A stretch of 64,000 bases of DNA from an uncultured Bacilli bacterium (GTDB taxonomy: Bacteria; Bacillota_I; Bacilli_A; RF39; UBA660). The first letter of the stretch is position 1. Each line of letters begins with the position of its first letter. Shown piece after piece: positions 10,536 to 20,428 of the stretch. The stretch covers positions 2,055-66,054 of the forward strand of contig CANQIL010000002.1 of assembly GCA_947624045.1 (NCBI GenBank), in the 5' to 3' direction. The position numbers and the translations under genes are program-made. The notes under the pieces are model-generated. The model was given only the letters and a program-made list of their open reading frames with translations. It had not been told where the DNA came from and searched no databases.

Positions 10536-10583
10536 AAAGAAATTTTAAAATATTAAAGCAATTATTAACATATATTTAATTGG

Positions 10584-11447
10584 GTGATTATAATGAATTA
10601 TCAAAAATTAAAAGAGGGAATAATTGCTTTTTTTCTACTTATTTTTAGTTTTTTTTATACCAATAAAGCTGTTGAATTAGTAAGACAAGCCGACCCTATT
10701 ATGAAAGAGATTAAATCTTCTAGTAGTAAATATGCCGTTGAAGCTAAAAATGCTTTTATTATTGGTGAAAAAATAATTCCGGGTCAAAATGGCTTAGAAG
10801 TAGACTTAGAAAAAAGTTATCAAAAAATGAAAAAGTATGGCTCATACAATGAAGCCTTAACAACCTTAAAGGAAACAAAGCCAACTATTTCTGTAAATGA
10901 CTATTATGATAAATATGTAGTTACAGGTAATAGTGAAAATAAAGAAGTAGCCTTAATATTTAAAATTGAAAAAGGTGATGATATTGAAAGATTAAACAAT
11001 GTCTTAAAATCTAAAAATGTTCTTGCCACTTTTTTTATTGACGGAGTTCTCTTAGAAGACAATCTTAATAGTATACTACAACTTAATAATCACGAAATAG
11101 AACTTTTAAATTACAATGGCAAGTATGAAAGAGATTTTTTTATTAATGCTAAAAATTACCTAGAAGATATTACAAAAAAAGAAGCTAAATATTGCTACTT
11201 AGATTATGATAAAGAAGAAGTAATTAATTTATGCTCTTCTTTAAAAATGCATACCGTTATGCCTAGTATAAAAGTTGCCAAAAATGCTTATGCTGAAGTA
11301 AAAGCAAAACTAAGTAATTCAGCTATTATAACGATACCAAGCAACATTTCTGTTGAAAATTTATCTATAACTATAGACTATTTAAAAAATAGAGCTTATC
11401 GTTTTTTACTTTTAGATACACTTATTAGTGAAAGCCTTGAAAAATAA
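10584..11447 (+). CDS. Polysaccharide-deacetylase-like (NodB-fold) protein without canonical catalytic motifs
   Basis: N-terminal TM. VALIFKIEKGDD..VLATFFIDG..NHEIELLNY occupy the positions of NodB motifs, but TFDDG and HxxxH are not conserved. Likelier start is ATG 10593. Confidence 0.4.
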   Translation: MIIMNYQKLKEGIIAFFLLIFSFFYTNKAVELVRQADPIMKEIKSSSSKYAVEAKNAFIIGEKIIPGQNGLEVDLEKSYQKMKKYGSYNEALTTLKETKPTISVNDYYDKYVVTGNSENKEVALIFKIEKGDDIERLNNVLKSKNVLATFFIDGVLLEDNLNSILQLNNHEIELLNYNGKYERDFFINAKNYLEDITKKEAKYCYLDYDKEEVINLCSSLKMHTVMPSIKVAKNAYAEVKAKLSNSAIITIPSNISVENLSITIDYLKNRAYRFLLLDTLISESLEK

Positions 11448-11514
11448 TTTAATTGTTTTAAACTTAAAAATATAGTATACTTAGATAAGATGAAGAAGAT
11501 AAGGTGAAGAATGT

Positions 11515-14469
11515 ATGTATTTAAAAGAAATTACGGCTAGTGGGTTTAAATCTTTTGCCGACAAGATAAGTATTAAATTAGACGGAAAGACTACTTGTAT
11601 TGTTGGACCTAATGGCTCAGGAAAAAGTAATATTGTTGATGCGGTTAGATGGGTCTTAGGTGAACAGTCAGTTAAATCTCTTCGTGGTGATGGCTCTATG
11701 AGTGATGTTATCTTCTCAGGAAGTAAATCGCGTAATCCTTTAAATGTAGCGAGTGTTGAACTTATCTTTGATAATTCAGACCATTACTTAAATGTTTCTT
11801 ATACCGATATTTCCATAAAAAGAAGAGTCTATCGTAGTGGTGAAAATGAATACTTTCTAAATAATGAAAAGTGTCGTTTAAAAGATATTACTAATTTATT
11901 ATTAGATTCTGGTATGGCCAAAGAGTCTTATAATATTATTTCTCAAGGTGAAGTTGAACGAATCTTATCTAATTCAGCTATAGATAGAAGAATTATTTTT
12001 GAAGAAGCATCAGGTATTTTAAAATATAAAAGAAGAAAAGAAGAAGCTTTACGAAAACTAGATAAAACTCATAATAATCTAGATAGAGTAAATGATATTA
12101 TCGCCGAGTTAGAAAGACAAATAGAGCCTTTAAAAGAGCAAAGTAGTAAAGCAATGGATTACCTAGAAAATAAAAAAGGCCTAGATAAATATGAAGTAGC
12201 CTTACTAGCTTATGATATTGAAAATTTAAACTCTACTTTAGAACAAGCTCACATAAAAAAAGAAAAACTAGATAAAGAAATTCTTAATTTACAAACTGAA
12301 ACTAATAAATATGAAACTTTTAATCTCGAGATAAATACTTCTTTAGAAAAACTAGAAAATGAAAGAAGTCTTTTAAATACTGAACTTTTGCAGTTAGTAG
12401 AAGAAGTAGAAAAAATTAATGGTGAAAAGAAGCTTTTAAAAGAAAAGAGCAAAACTACTAAGGAAGAAGATATTTTAAAAGAAGAATTACGTAGTGTTTT
12501 AGAACAAAAAGGTAGTTTAGAAAAGACGCAGATGCTCTTACAAGAAGAACTTAAAAACTCATCTAGTGAACTAGGTTCTATTACTACTAAAAAAAGTATA
12601 GTTGATGAAAATATTAAAAGTCTAACTACTAAGAAGAATATGTTAAATAGTGATTATGCTAAAATGCAAAGAGAAATTATTCTTCTTGATGAAAAAATTA
12701 GTAGTCTTCAAAGTGAAATAGAACGGGGAGGGGATATGCCTAATAGTGTATCAAAGGTTTTATCTTCTTCAAGCTTAACAGGTATTCATAATACTATTGG
12801 TAATATTTTAAAAACAACTGATGAATATGTAAAAGCTTTAGATATTGCGATTGCCTCTAATAAAAATTTTATTATCACAACTGATGAGGCATCTGCTAAA
12901 AAAGCTATTAATTATTTAAAAGATAATCATTATGGTAGAGCTACTTTTTTTCCTCTTTCTGTTATTAAAGAAAGATATGTAGATAGTAATACGTTAAGTA
13001 TTCTAAAGAATAATCAAGACTTTTTAGGCATAATGAGTGAGCTAGTTACTTATGATAAAAAGTATGAAAATATCGTTAAAAATCAACTTGGTACTGTTTT
13101 AGTTTGTAAAGACTTAGATAGCGCTACAAACATTTCTCATTCAATTGGCGCTAAATACAAAATAGTTACCCTAGATGGGGATGTTGTTAATGTAGGAGGC
13201 TCTTTAGTAGGAGGAACTTACTATAAAAGTAAAAGCGTTATTTCCTTAAGACAAGAGCTTCATCACTTAGAAGAAAAGAAAAATGTCTATCAAAATGAAG
13301 TCTTAGAAATAACTAAAGAAATTGAAGCTACAGACAAAGATATTTCTTTAAGTAATGAAAATTTATTTGCTTATGCTAAAGAAGAAGTAACCTTAAAAGA
13401 AAAATACTTATCTAAAAAGAAAGAGTTAGATGATGTTTCTTTAAAATTAGAAGAGGCTAATAAAGAATATGGGCAACTTGATTTAATAAAAAATAATTCT
13501 TTAGAAGATAAAGAAAAAGAATTAATTAATGAGTTTGCGACTAAAAGTGCTGAAAAAGAAAAATTACAAATTAGACTAGAAGCCCTTAATAAAAAAATAG
13601 CTAACCTAAAAGATGAAGAAGAAAAAAATGAAGCAGATAATAGACTAAAACAAGCTAATTTGCGTAGTCTAGAAAAAGAAAATAAAGATATTGAAATAGA
13701 GATTAACAGAATAGATGTAAAATTAGATAATATGTTAAATGAATTAAATACCACTTATGAAATATCTTTTGATAAAGCTAAAAATGATTATAAGCTAGAT
13801 ATTGAAGTAGAAGAAGCTAGAGAAAAAGTTACTATTTATAAGAATAATATTAAAAAAATTGGCATGGTTAATTTAGATGCTATTGAAGAATATAAAATGG
13901 TTAATACGAGATATGTCTTTTTAACTAATCAAAAAGAAGATTTATTAAAAGCCGAAGATACTTTGTTAGAAATAATGAATGAGATGGACGGAGTTATGAA
14001 AGAGGAATTTTATAATACGTTCATGGCTATAAAAGATGAATTTAAAAAAGTCTTTAAAGAATTGTTTAGAGGGGGTCAAGCTGATTTAAAGCTTACTAAT
14101 GAAGATGACTTACTGACAACTGGTGTTGATATAGTCGCATCCCCTCCAGGTAAAAAGCTAACGACCATTTCACTATTATCAGGTGGTGAGAAAACTTTAA
14201 CGGCTATTTCATTATTGTTTGCTATTTTAAATGTTAGAAGTGTTCCATTTTGCTTATTTGATGAAGTTGAAGCTGCCTTAGATGAAGCTAATGTATCAAG
14301 ATTTGGTAAGTATTTAGAGCATTATCGTGATAAAACACAATTTTTAATTATTACGCATAAGAAGAAAACAATGGAGTATGCAAAGACTTTATATGGTATT
14401 ACTATGCAAGAGTCTGGTGTTTCTAAATTAGTAAGTGTAAAATTAGAAGACCATGCAGATGTTATTTAA
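11515..14469 (+). CDS. smc: Chromosome segregation protein SMC
   Basis: Walker A GPNGSGKSN, long coiled coils, hinge, signature LSGGEKTLTA, Walker B CLFDEVEAALD. 984 aa. Confidence 0.9.
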   Translation: MYLKEITASGFKSFADKISIKLDGKTTCIVGPNGSGKSNIVDAVRWVLGEQSVKSLRGDGSMSDVIFSGSKSRNPLNVASVELIFDNSDHYLNVSYTDISIKRRVYRSGENEYFLNNEKCRLKDITNLLLDSGMAKESYNIISQGEVERILSNSAIDRRIIFEEASGILKYKRRKEEALRKLDKTHNNLDRVNDIIAELERQIEPLKEQSSKAMDYLENKKGLDKYEVALLAYDIENLNSTLEQAHIKKEKLDKEILNLQTETNKYETFNLEINTSLEKLENERSLLNTELLQLVEEVEKINGEKKLLKEKSKTTKEEDILKEELRSVLEQKGSLEKTQMLLQEELKNSSSELGSITTKKSIVDENIKSLTTKKNMLNSDYAKMQREIILLDEKISSLQSEIERGGDMPNSVSKVLSSSSLTGIHNTIGNILKTTDEYVKALDIAIASNKNFIITTDEASAKKAINYLKDNHYGRATFFPLSVIKERYVDSNTLSILKNNQDFLGIMSELVTYDKKYENIVKNQLGTVLVCKDLDSATNISHSIGAKYKIVTLDGDVVNVGGSLVGGTYYKSKSVISLRQELHHLEEKKNVYQNEVLEITKEIEATDKDISLSNENLFAYAKEEVTLKEKYLSKKKELDDVSLKLEEANKEYGQLDLIKNNSLEDKEKELINEFATKSAEKEKLQIRLEALNKKIANLKDEEEKNEADNRLKQANLRSLEKENKDIEIEINRIDVKLDNMLNELNTTYEISFDKAKNDYKLDIEVEEAREKVTIYKNNIKKIGMVNLDAIEEYKMVNTRYVFLTNQKEDLLKAEDTLLEIMNEMDGVMKEEFYNTFMAIKDEFKKVFKELFRGGQADLKLTNEDDLLTTGVDIVASPPGKKLTTISLLSGGEKTLTAISLLFAILNVRSVPFCLFDEVEAALDEANVSRFGKYLEHYRDKTQFLIITHKKKTMEYAKTLYGITMQESGVSKLVSVKLEDHADVI

Positions 14470-14471
14470 AG

Positions 14472-14497
14472 TACACTACTTAACTAGTGTATTTTTT
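14472..14497 (+). terminator. smc terminator
   Basis: TACACTA ... TAGTGTA hairpin followed by T6. Confidence 0.6.
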
Positions 14498-15743
14498 CTG
14501 CTTCTATGGTACAATAACAGTAGAAAGTGGGTGCCTTATGAAAGTTGTCCTTTTGAATAAAAATACAGAAATTTTAGTGGCTAAATATGATACTGCTACT
14601 AGTGTTTTTACTAAAATATATGAGGTTAAAAATATTGATTATGCTCCCTACATATTAAAAAGTCTTTATCTTGCCAATGATATTAATGATGCTTCTTTTA
14701 GGACTAATCTAAGTGAGTGGTTTAAAGAAAGAGGTATCCCTCAATGGCGTGATAAATTAGATTTATTGCTCCATAGATTAAATATAACTGCACCTTATGA
14801 GCTTTTAGACAAAGCTTTTGGCTTATCTCTATCAGACCAATATTGGTTAAAACCTTATGATAGTGATATTTCCTATGATGATATAAACTTTTTTGATAAT
14901 GATTTTGATTATGCTGAGTTTATGGAGGCATCATTATCTACAAATAGTAAATTGATAACTAAAGAATCATCTTTAAAAACTCCTAATAATACAACTGATG
15001 GCATGCTTAAAAAAGCTTGGATTATTGATAATGGTACCAGATATTTATTAAAAGGTGGCTACAAAAATGAGATTTTGCAACCTTTTAATGAAGTTTTAGC
15101 TAGTATGATTTGTGAAAGATTAGGTTTTGCTCATGTAACTTATACACTAGATATTTATAAAGATATGGTCGTTTCAAAATGTCCTTGTTTTATAACTAAA
15201 GATACAGAACTTATAACTTGTCATCAATTAAGAAACGATATGTCAAGAGGAGATAATAGTATTGAAGACTATGAAGAGTACATTAAAAAGTTAGAAAGTA
15301 ATGGAATTAAAAAAGCTCGTGAAAAAGTAGAAAATATGTATATTTTAGATTTCCTAATTATGAATGAAGATAGACATTTAAATAATTTTGGTATTATAAG
15401 AGATGTTAATACTTTAAAGTGGTTAGATGTTGCCCCTATATTTGATAATGGTCAAAGTATGAATGTTGAATACTACGATGATGAAGAGATGCATATTTCC
15501 GGTAAAGGTAGATTTTTCTATGAAGTAAAACCATTTGCTGAAATTATAAAAGTCGTCAAAGATATTACAAGAATTGATGTTAAAAAAATAGAGGACTTAC
15601 CAGAAGAATTTGCTAAATTACTACATCAGTATCAAAATATTACCAAAATGAGTGATAAAAGAATTAATCTTTTATGTATTCTTTTAACTAGACAGATTAA
15701 TAAACTTAAAAAAATAATAAAAGACACTAAAAGTAGTGCCTGA
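14487..15743 (+). CDS. HipA-like Ser/Thr kinase domain protein (no adjacent HTH antitoxin)
   Basis: Catalytic-loop-like ILDFLIMNEDRHLNNFG and DVAPIFDNGQS motifs. Likelier start is ATG 14538 (MKVVLLNK) after GAAAGTGGGTG. Confidence 0.65.
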   Translation: MYFFCFYGTITVESGCLMKVVLLNKNTEILVAKYDTATSVFTKIYEVKNIDYAPYILKSLYLANDINDASFRTNLSEWFKERGIPQWRDKLDLLLHRLNITAPYELLDKAFGLSLSDQYWLKPYDSDISYDDINFFDNDFDYAEFMEASLSTNSKLITKESSLKTPNNTTDGMLKKAWIIDNGTRYLLKGGYKNEILQPFNEVLASMICERLGFAHVTYTLDIYKDMVVSKCPCFITKDTELITCHQLRNDMSRGDNSIEDYEEYIKKLESNGIKKAREKVENMYILDFLIMNEDRHLNNFGIIRDVNTLKWLDVAPIFDNGQSMNVEYYDDEEMHISGKGRFFYEVKPFAEIIKVVKDITRIDVKKIEDLPEEFAKLLHQYQNITKMSDKRINLLCILLTRQINKLKKIIKDTKSSA

Positions 15744-15761
15744 ATCAATAATTCTATATAG

Positions 15762-16325
15762 CTATATAGCTCTCATTTGTTCTTTCCCTTTAAAAGGGTC
15801 TTTTTTATCTATTTTATCAGTAAAGATTATTCCGTCTAAATGGTCAATTTCATGTTGAAAGGCAATAGCTAATTCTTCACGACCACGTACTTGTATTTTT
15901 CGACCGTCCATATCATAGCCCTCTACTGTAACTCTGGCATATCTTGGTACAATTCCCTCAACAGGTCTATTGACACTCAAGCAACCCTCGCCATTTTCAA
16001 CATAAATTTGCTCAACTGAATTACTTATTATTCTAGGATTTATAAGGACATAAGTTTCAAACTGCCCCTCATCATATTCATTTACTACCACAAAATATCT
16101 CTTCGCAACTCCTAATTGGATTGCGGCCATTCCCATACCAGGTCGTAAATCATATTTTTCAGCTAACTCTTCAATTTGCGAATTGTGCAAATATTCTATC
16201 ATTGTATTAATTAATTCTTTATCTTTATTTGTTAATGGAAATACTACTTCTTTACTTATTACACGTAATCTTTTATCTTTTTCATCTAGTATATCTTTTG
16301 TTTTTAACACAAGTAACCACCTCAA
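15762..16325 (-). CDS. def: Peptide deformylase
   Basis: GMAAIQLG, EGCLSV, QHEIDHLDG motifs. Likelier start is GTG 16310 after GAGGTGG. Confidence 0.95.
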   Translation of the reverse strand: MRWLLVLKTKDILDEKDKRLRVISKEVVFPLTNKDKELINTMIEYLHNSQIEELAEKYDLRPGMGMAAIQLGVAKRYFVVVNEYDEGQFETYVLINPRIISNSVEQIYVENGEGCLSVNRPVEGIVPRYARVTVEGYDMDGRKIQVRGREELAIAFQHEIDHLDGIIFTDKIDKKDPFKGKEQMRAI

Positions 16326-16344
16326 TTTCCTTTATTTTACTACA

Positions 16345-17292
16345 TTATTTGTTTTTTTTAAAGCTTTTGCTTGGTAATTTTTTCTTATTCTTTATATGAA
16401 TATTTATAAGTTCAATAATATTTTTTACTAAAAGATAGGCGTCAATATTATCTTCTTCAAAACAAATATCAACTGCCCAAGCTAGTTTATCAAATAACTC
16501 ATCATTTACTAGATTATTAAAATTAGCTTTAATATTAGAAATATTTCCTAGTATAAGCTCATCTTCAAAAATATCTCTAAATTCTTCTTCTTTCCAAATA
16601 TCTAAGAAAAGATAAGTTACTTTATCATAGCCATTAATATCTTCTAAGATAGAGTAGTCTAGTTGTTTTAAGAAAGACTTTTCTTTAGGAAGCAAATAAT
16701 CCTCCTCAATATTTTTAACGTTTTCCGTCATATCTTTTGTTTGTAGAGTATTAATAACTTCATCTAATATTTTGTACTTAAATCTTTCAGTACCATCAGC
16801 CCAACTTTCACAAATATCTAAGCCATTTCTCATTAGACAGTAACCACTAGGAGTATAGGCATAGCTTTTGAAAAAAGATTTAATTAAATGAGCAAACTCA
16901 TGAACTAGAGTGCTTAAAGTTTCACTAGAATTATCTACCGAACTAATGATGATTTTAGCGTTATCTAAAAATACCTCATTTTCATCAAAGCAAATACCGT
17001 TAGAAGAAGCCGCTACGGGTTTATTTTCTAAATCATAGTAATCTAAGTCTTCTTCTAAATCAAGGTCCTCTATTTTTTTAGCAATCTCTTCTAAAGGCTC
17101 ATCTTCAATTATTACTTCAGTATTTAACACTACATACCTTACTACATCTATACAATTATTAAACTTAGTTAAAAGACAAAAACAAGCAAATACTAAGTAA
17201 GAGTAATTTTTATCATCAACCGTATATCTTTGTAAAACAATCTCTCTAGCTACACTAAAAAGCTCATTCATAAAATACCCCCAAATGCTCAA
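16345..17292 (-). CDS. Hypothetical protein with HExxH zinc-metallopeptidase-like motif
   Basis: LVHEFAHLIKS, with ILDEVINT about 37 aa downstream. Likelier start is ATG 17271 after GGGGG. Confidence 0.5.
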   Translation of the reverse strand: MSIWGYFMNELFSVAREIVLQRYTVDDKNYSYLVFACFCLLTKFNNCIDVVRYVVLNTEVIIEDEPLEEIAKKIEDLDLEEDLDYYDLENKPVAASSNGICFDENEVFLDNAKIIISSVDNSSETLSTLVHEFAHLIKSFFKSYAYTPSGYCLMRNGLDICESWADGTERFKYKILDEVINTLQTKDMTENVKNIEEDYLLPKEKSFLKQLDYSILEDINGYDKVTYLFLDIWKEEEFRDIFEDELILGNISNIKANFNNLVNDELFDKLAWAVDICFEEDNIDAYLLVKNIIELINIHIKNKKKLPSKSFKKNK

Positions 17293-17384
17293 AATATAAT
17301 ACTACAATTAACTTTGAAAGTCAAATTGCCACTTTACAAATAAAAAAACTGTCAATAATTAACAGTTAATTATTTAACAGCCTT

Positions 17385-17549
17385 TTAATAGTTAGTAAAG
17401 CGTGCTCCTAAAACTATTACTAATAAGATAAATAATACTAAAATTATTGCATAACCAGAATTTGTATTGTTATTAGTATTATAATTATTCATTGGATAGT
17501 AATATGGAGTTTGGTTGCAGCAAGAACTTCCGCCACCATAGTAATACAT
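17385..17549 (-). CDS. YjcZ-like small sporulation-type peptide (54 aa)
   Basis: Not in the ORF track. RBS AGGAGG. MYYYGGGSSCCNQTPYYYPMNNYNTNNNTNSGYAIILVLFILLVIVLGARFTNY*. The G/Y-rich head plus (F/Y)A(L/I)I(V/L)VLFILL(I/V)IV tail matches the YjcZ family pattern. A terminator hairpin lies downstream. Confidence 0.55.
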   Translation of the reverse strand: MYYYGGGSSCCNQTPYYYPMNNYNTNNNTNSGYAIILVLFILLVIVLGARFTNY

Positions 17550-17645
17550 AAGACTTTCCTCCTTTACTTAATCTATTATAAAATATGTAAATTTACAGGA
17601 ATTGTTAATAAAACTAACCTATAAATAATAGATTTAGTTTTATTT

Positions 17646-18815
17646 ATGTTATATTATATAGTAAAGGGTGAAATTATGAAGAGAGTACTTAAATGTATTG
17701 ATAAACCATTACTTATATCTACAATAATTTTATTTGCTTTGGGGCTAATAATGGTTTTTTCTGCTTCTAATGTAACTGCCTATATGTATCATGGTGTAAG
17801 TACTTATTATTACTTTGTAAGACAACTAATCATTTTAGCGCTTGGCGTTATTTTAGCTTTCGTTTTACTACTGATAAAGCCTAAACACTATTATGCTATT
17901 GCGACAATTGGTATGATAGGAATTCTTGGTAGTCTTATTGTCTTACTTATTTTTGGTGACCCTCAAAATGATATGGTTGGTTGGTTTGATTTAGGCTTTT
18001 TCAATGTGCAACCTAGTGAATTTGCCAAGATTATCACCATAGTTTGGCTAGCAAGTTATTATGATACTTATAAAAATAAACTAACTACTTATGTCAAAAG
18101 CTTATTTCCTATCGTTATATGTGTAATAGTAGCTGCTTTAATTTTCTTAGAGCCTGATTTAGGTACTACGATTATTTATAGTGCTATTGTCGGTTTAATC
18201 TTTTTAGCGTCGCCAATTCAAAAAGATTTAAAGGCTAAGATTATTTTTATCATTATGAGTTTTATTGTCTTTGGGGTTATCTTTGTTTTAAGTTTTGGTA
18301 AAAATATTTTAGAAGATAGACAGATTAGTCGTTTTAACTTTACCAAGCCTTGTGAACGTATATTAAATGATGGAAATCAAGTTTGTAACTGTTATATTGC
18401 GATAAATAATGGCGGCTTAACCGGTGTTGGCCTAGGTAATTCAACTCAAAAATATTTGTATCTTCCCGAGCCTTATACAGACTTTATCTTTGCGATTATA
18501 GTAGAAGAGTTAGGTGTCTTAACGGGTATAGGTATTATACTTATGTATATGTTTGTTCTTTATCGTATTTTACGAATAGGTCGAAAAAGTAATAATAGGG
18601 GAGCCTTAATTTGTTATGGAGTTGCTTGTTATATCTTTTTACATATAGCGATTAATCTTTTAGGAATTTTTGGTCTTATGCCTATGACCGGTGTACCGCT
18701 TCCTTTTATGAGTTATGGAGGTAGCTTTACGATTTGTTTAATTGCTTCTTTAACTTTTGTACAACGGGTAAGTATTGAAAATGGCTTAACGAATGAAAAA
18801 GAGAAAAGTCATTAA
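17646..18815 (+). CDS. SEDS-family peptidoglycan polymerase (FtsW/RodA/SpoVE)
   Basis: About 10 TM segments. ..FNVQPSEFAKI.., ..PEPYTDFIFA.., ..GVPLPFMSYGGS... Likelier start is ATG 17676. Confidence 0.9.
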   Translation: MLYYIVKGEIMKRVLKCIDKPLLISTIILFALGLIMVFSASNVTAYMYHGVSTYYYFVRQLIILALGVILAFVLLLIKPKHYYAIATIGMIGILGSLIVLLIFGDPQNDMVGWFDLGFFNVQPSEFAKIITIVWLASYYDTYKNKLTTYVKSLFPIVICVIVAALIFLEPDLGTTIIYSAIVGLIFLASPIQKDLKAKIIFIIMSFIVFGVIFVLSFGKNILEDRQISRFNFTKPCERILNDGNQVCNCYIAINNGGLTGVGLGNSTQKYLYLPEPYTDFIFAIIVEELGVLTGIGIILMYMFVLYRILRIGRKSNNRGALICYGVACYIFLHIAINLLGIFGLMPMTGVPLPFMSYGGSFTICLIASLTFVQRVSIENGLTNEKEKSH

Positions 18816-20251
18816 TAAGACTTTCCCCACATAACCATATGTTTTCCTTTCTTGCCACAACACACACAATTATCAACATGCTCATCATTTTCTAAAATAC
18901 ATCTAGAGCCAAAACCATTTGTGTCTGTTTTAATTTTTTCTTCACAGTCTTTACTACCACACCAACTGGCTTTAACAAAACCAGTTTTTTCTTCGGCTAT
19001 TTGCTTAAATTCATCTAAGCTCTTAGCTGTATAAATATGTTCATCCAAGAACTTTTTCGCTTTAGCATACATATTTTTTTGAATAAGTTCTAAAACCTCA
19101 TTAACTTTAGTAGTAAGCTCTTCAAGTTTAACTATTATTTTTTCACTAGTATCTCTTCTAACAATAACGGCTTGTCCTTGCTCAATATCTTTAGGACCAA
19201 TTTCAATTCTAATTGGAATACCTAGCATTTCTTGTTCAGAAAATTTATAACCTGGAGACTTTTCACTATCATCAATTTTTACTCTTACATTGTTTTCTTT
19301 TAAAAGATTAGTAATCTCTAACGCCTTATCCAACACTCCTTCTTTATGCTGCGCAATAGGAATAACCATGATTTGAACAGGGGCAATTCTAGGTGGTAAA
19401 ACTAAGCCACTATCATCACCATGCACCATAATTAAAGCACCAATAATTCTAGTAGACATACCCCAAGAAGTTTCATAAGCACTATGCAAATTATTTTCTT
19501 TATCTAAATATTTAATACCAAACGCATCGGCAAAACTGTGTCCAAAAAAATGACTAGTTCCTGACTGTAAAGCTTTACCATCATGCATCATAGCTTCAAT
19601 GGTATAAGTATCTTCAGCTCCCGCAAACTTTTCACTTTCTGTTTTCTTGCCACATATTAAAGGTATCGCTAAATCTTCTGTGACAAAGTCTATATAGACT
19701 TTAAACATTTGCTCACACCTATTTCTAGCTTCTTCTTCCGTTGCATGAAGTGTATGACCCTCTTGCCATAAAAATTCTCTTGACCTTAAAAACGGCCTTG
19801 TTGTCTTTTCCCAACGTAATACTGAATTCCATTGATTCCAAACTAACGGTAAATCACGATAAGACTTAACAATTTTTTGCCAATAATCACAAAATAGCGT
19901 TTCACTAGTTGGTCTAATACAACATCTTTCTTCTAATTCTTCTAAGCCCCCATGCGTAACCCAAGCTACTTCCGGAGCAAAGCCCTCGATATGGTCTTTT
20001 TCTTTTTGTAAAAGACTCTCAGGAATTAAAACAGGTAAGTAGACATTAGAAACATCCACATCTTTAAATCTCTTATCTAAGTCATTTTTGATATTTTCCC
20101 AAAGAGCATATCCATTCGGCAAATAATTCAAACACCCCTTAACACTAGAATAATCACACAACTTAGCTTCTCTAACAACATCAGTATACCATTTAGCAAA
20201 GTCAACATCACGGGCCGTAATCTTTTCAACTAATTTTTTTTCATTTGCCAC
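18812..20251 (-). CDS. proS: Prolyl-tRNA synthetase, short archaeal/eukaryote-like type
   Basis: 479 aa, N-terminus ..DFAKWYTDVV..A.L.DYS.VKGC, class II motifs, C-terminal Cys cluster. No T-box upstream. Confidence 0.92.
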   Translation of the reverse strand: MANEKKLVEKITARDVDFAKWYTDVVREAKLCDYSSVKGCLNYLPNGYALWENIKNDLDKRFKDVDVSNVYLPVLIPESLLQKEKDHIEGFAPEVAWVTHGGLEELEERCCIRPTSETLFCDYWQKIVKSYRDLPLVWNQWNSVLRWEKTTRPFLRSREFLWQEGHTLHATEEEARNRCEQMFKVYIDFVTEDLAIPLICGKKTESEKFAGAEDTYTIEAMMHDGKALQSGTSHFFGHSFADAFGIKYLDKENNLHSAYETSWGMSTRIIGALIMVHGDDSGLVLPPRIAPVQIMVIPIAQHKEGVLDKALEITNLLKENNVRVKIDDSEKSPGYKFSEQEMLGIPIRIEIGPKDIEQGQAVIVRRDTSEKIIVKLEELTTKVNEVLELIQKNMYAKAKKFLDEHIYTAKSLDEFKQIAEEKTGFVKASWCGSKDCEEKIKTDTNGFGSRCILENDEHVDNCVCCGKKGKHMVMWGKSY

Positions 20252-20428
20252 AAAACATCTCTCCTTTTTCTATTCATAATACTATCATATATTTAAATCT
20301 ATTACAAATAAAATTACCAAATTCTTTATTTAAAAAATACTACTAAGTTTTACACTAGCTTAATCTTGTTTTCTAAAAGTATTCATAAATTCACAATTTT
20401 TCCTATAAGATTAAATAGGTGAATTTTC

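Noticed and set aside
12249-13754. Minus-strand ORFs 12249-12452 and 13371-13754 inside smc
   Set aside because: They are antisense to the smc coiled-coil region, give low-complexity Ser/Phe/Leu products, and have no RBS.
11515-14469. SMC is only 984 aa, so a truncation or internal deletion was considered
   Set aside because: Walker A, hinge, signature and Walker B are all present in one uninterrupted frame. It is more likely a lineage with shorter coiled-coil arms.
15744-15765. Tandem palindrome CTATATAG-CTATATAG between the convergent HipA-like and def genes
   Set aside because: It is purely A/T with a very short stem. At best it is a weak bidirectional terminator, and there is not enough evidence for an operator or recombination site.
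20252-20428. Looked for a T-box or other leader upstream of proS
   Set aside because: Only about 175 nt are shared with the divergent dac gene. There is no AGAGA/GGUGGUACC-type motif and no terminator hairpin.
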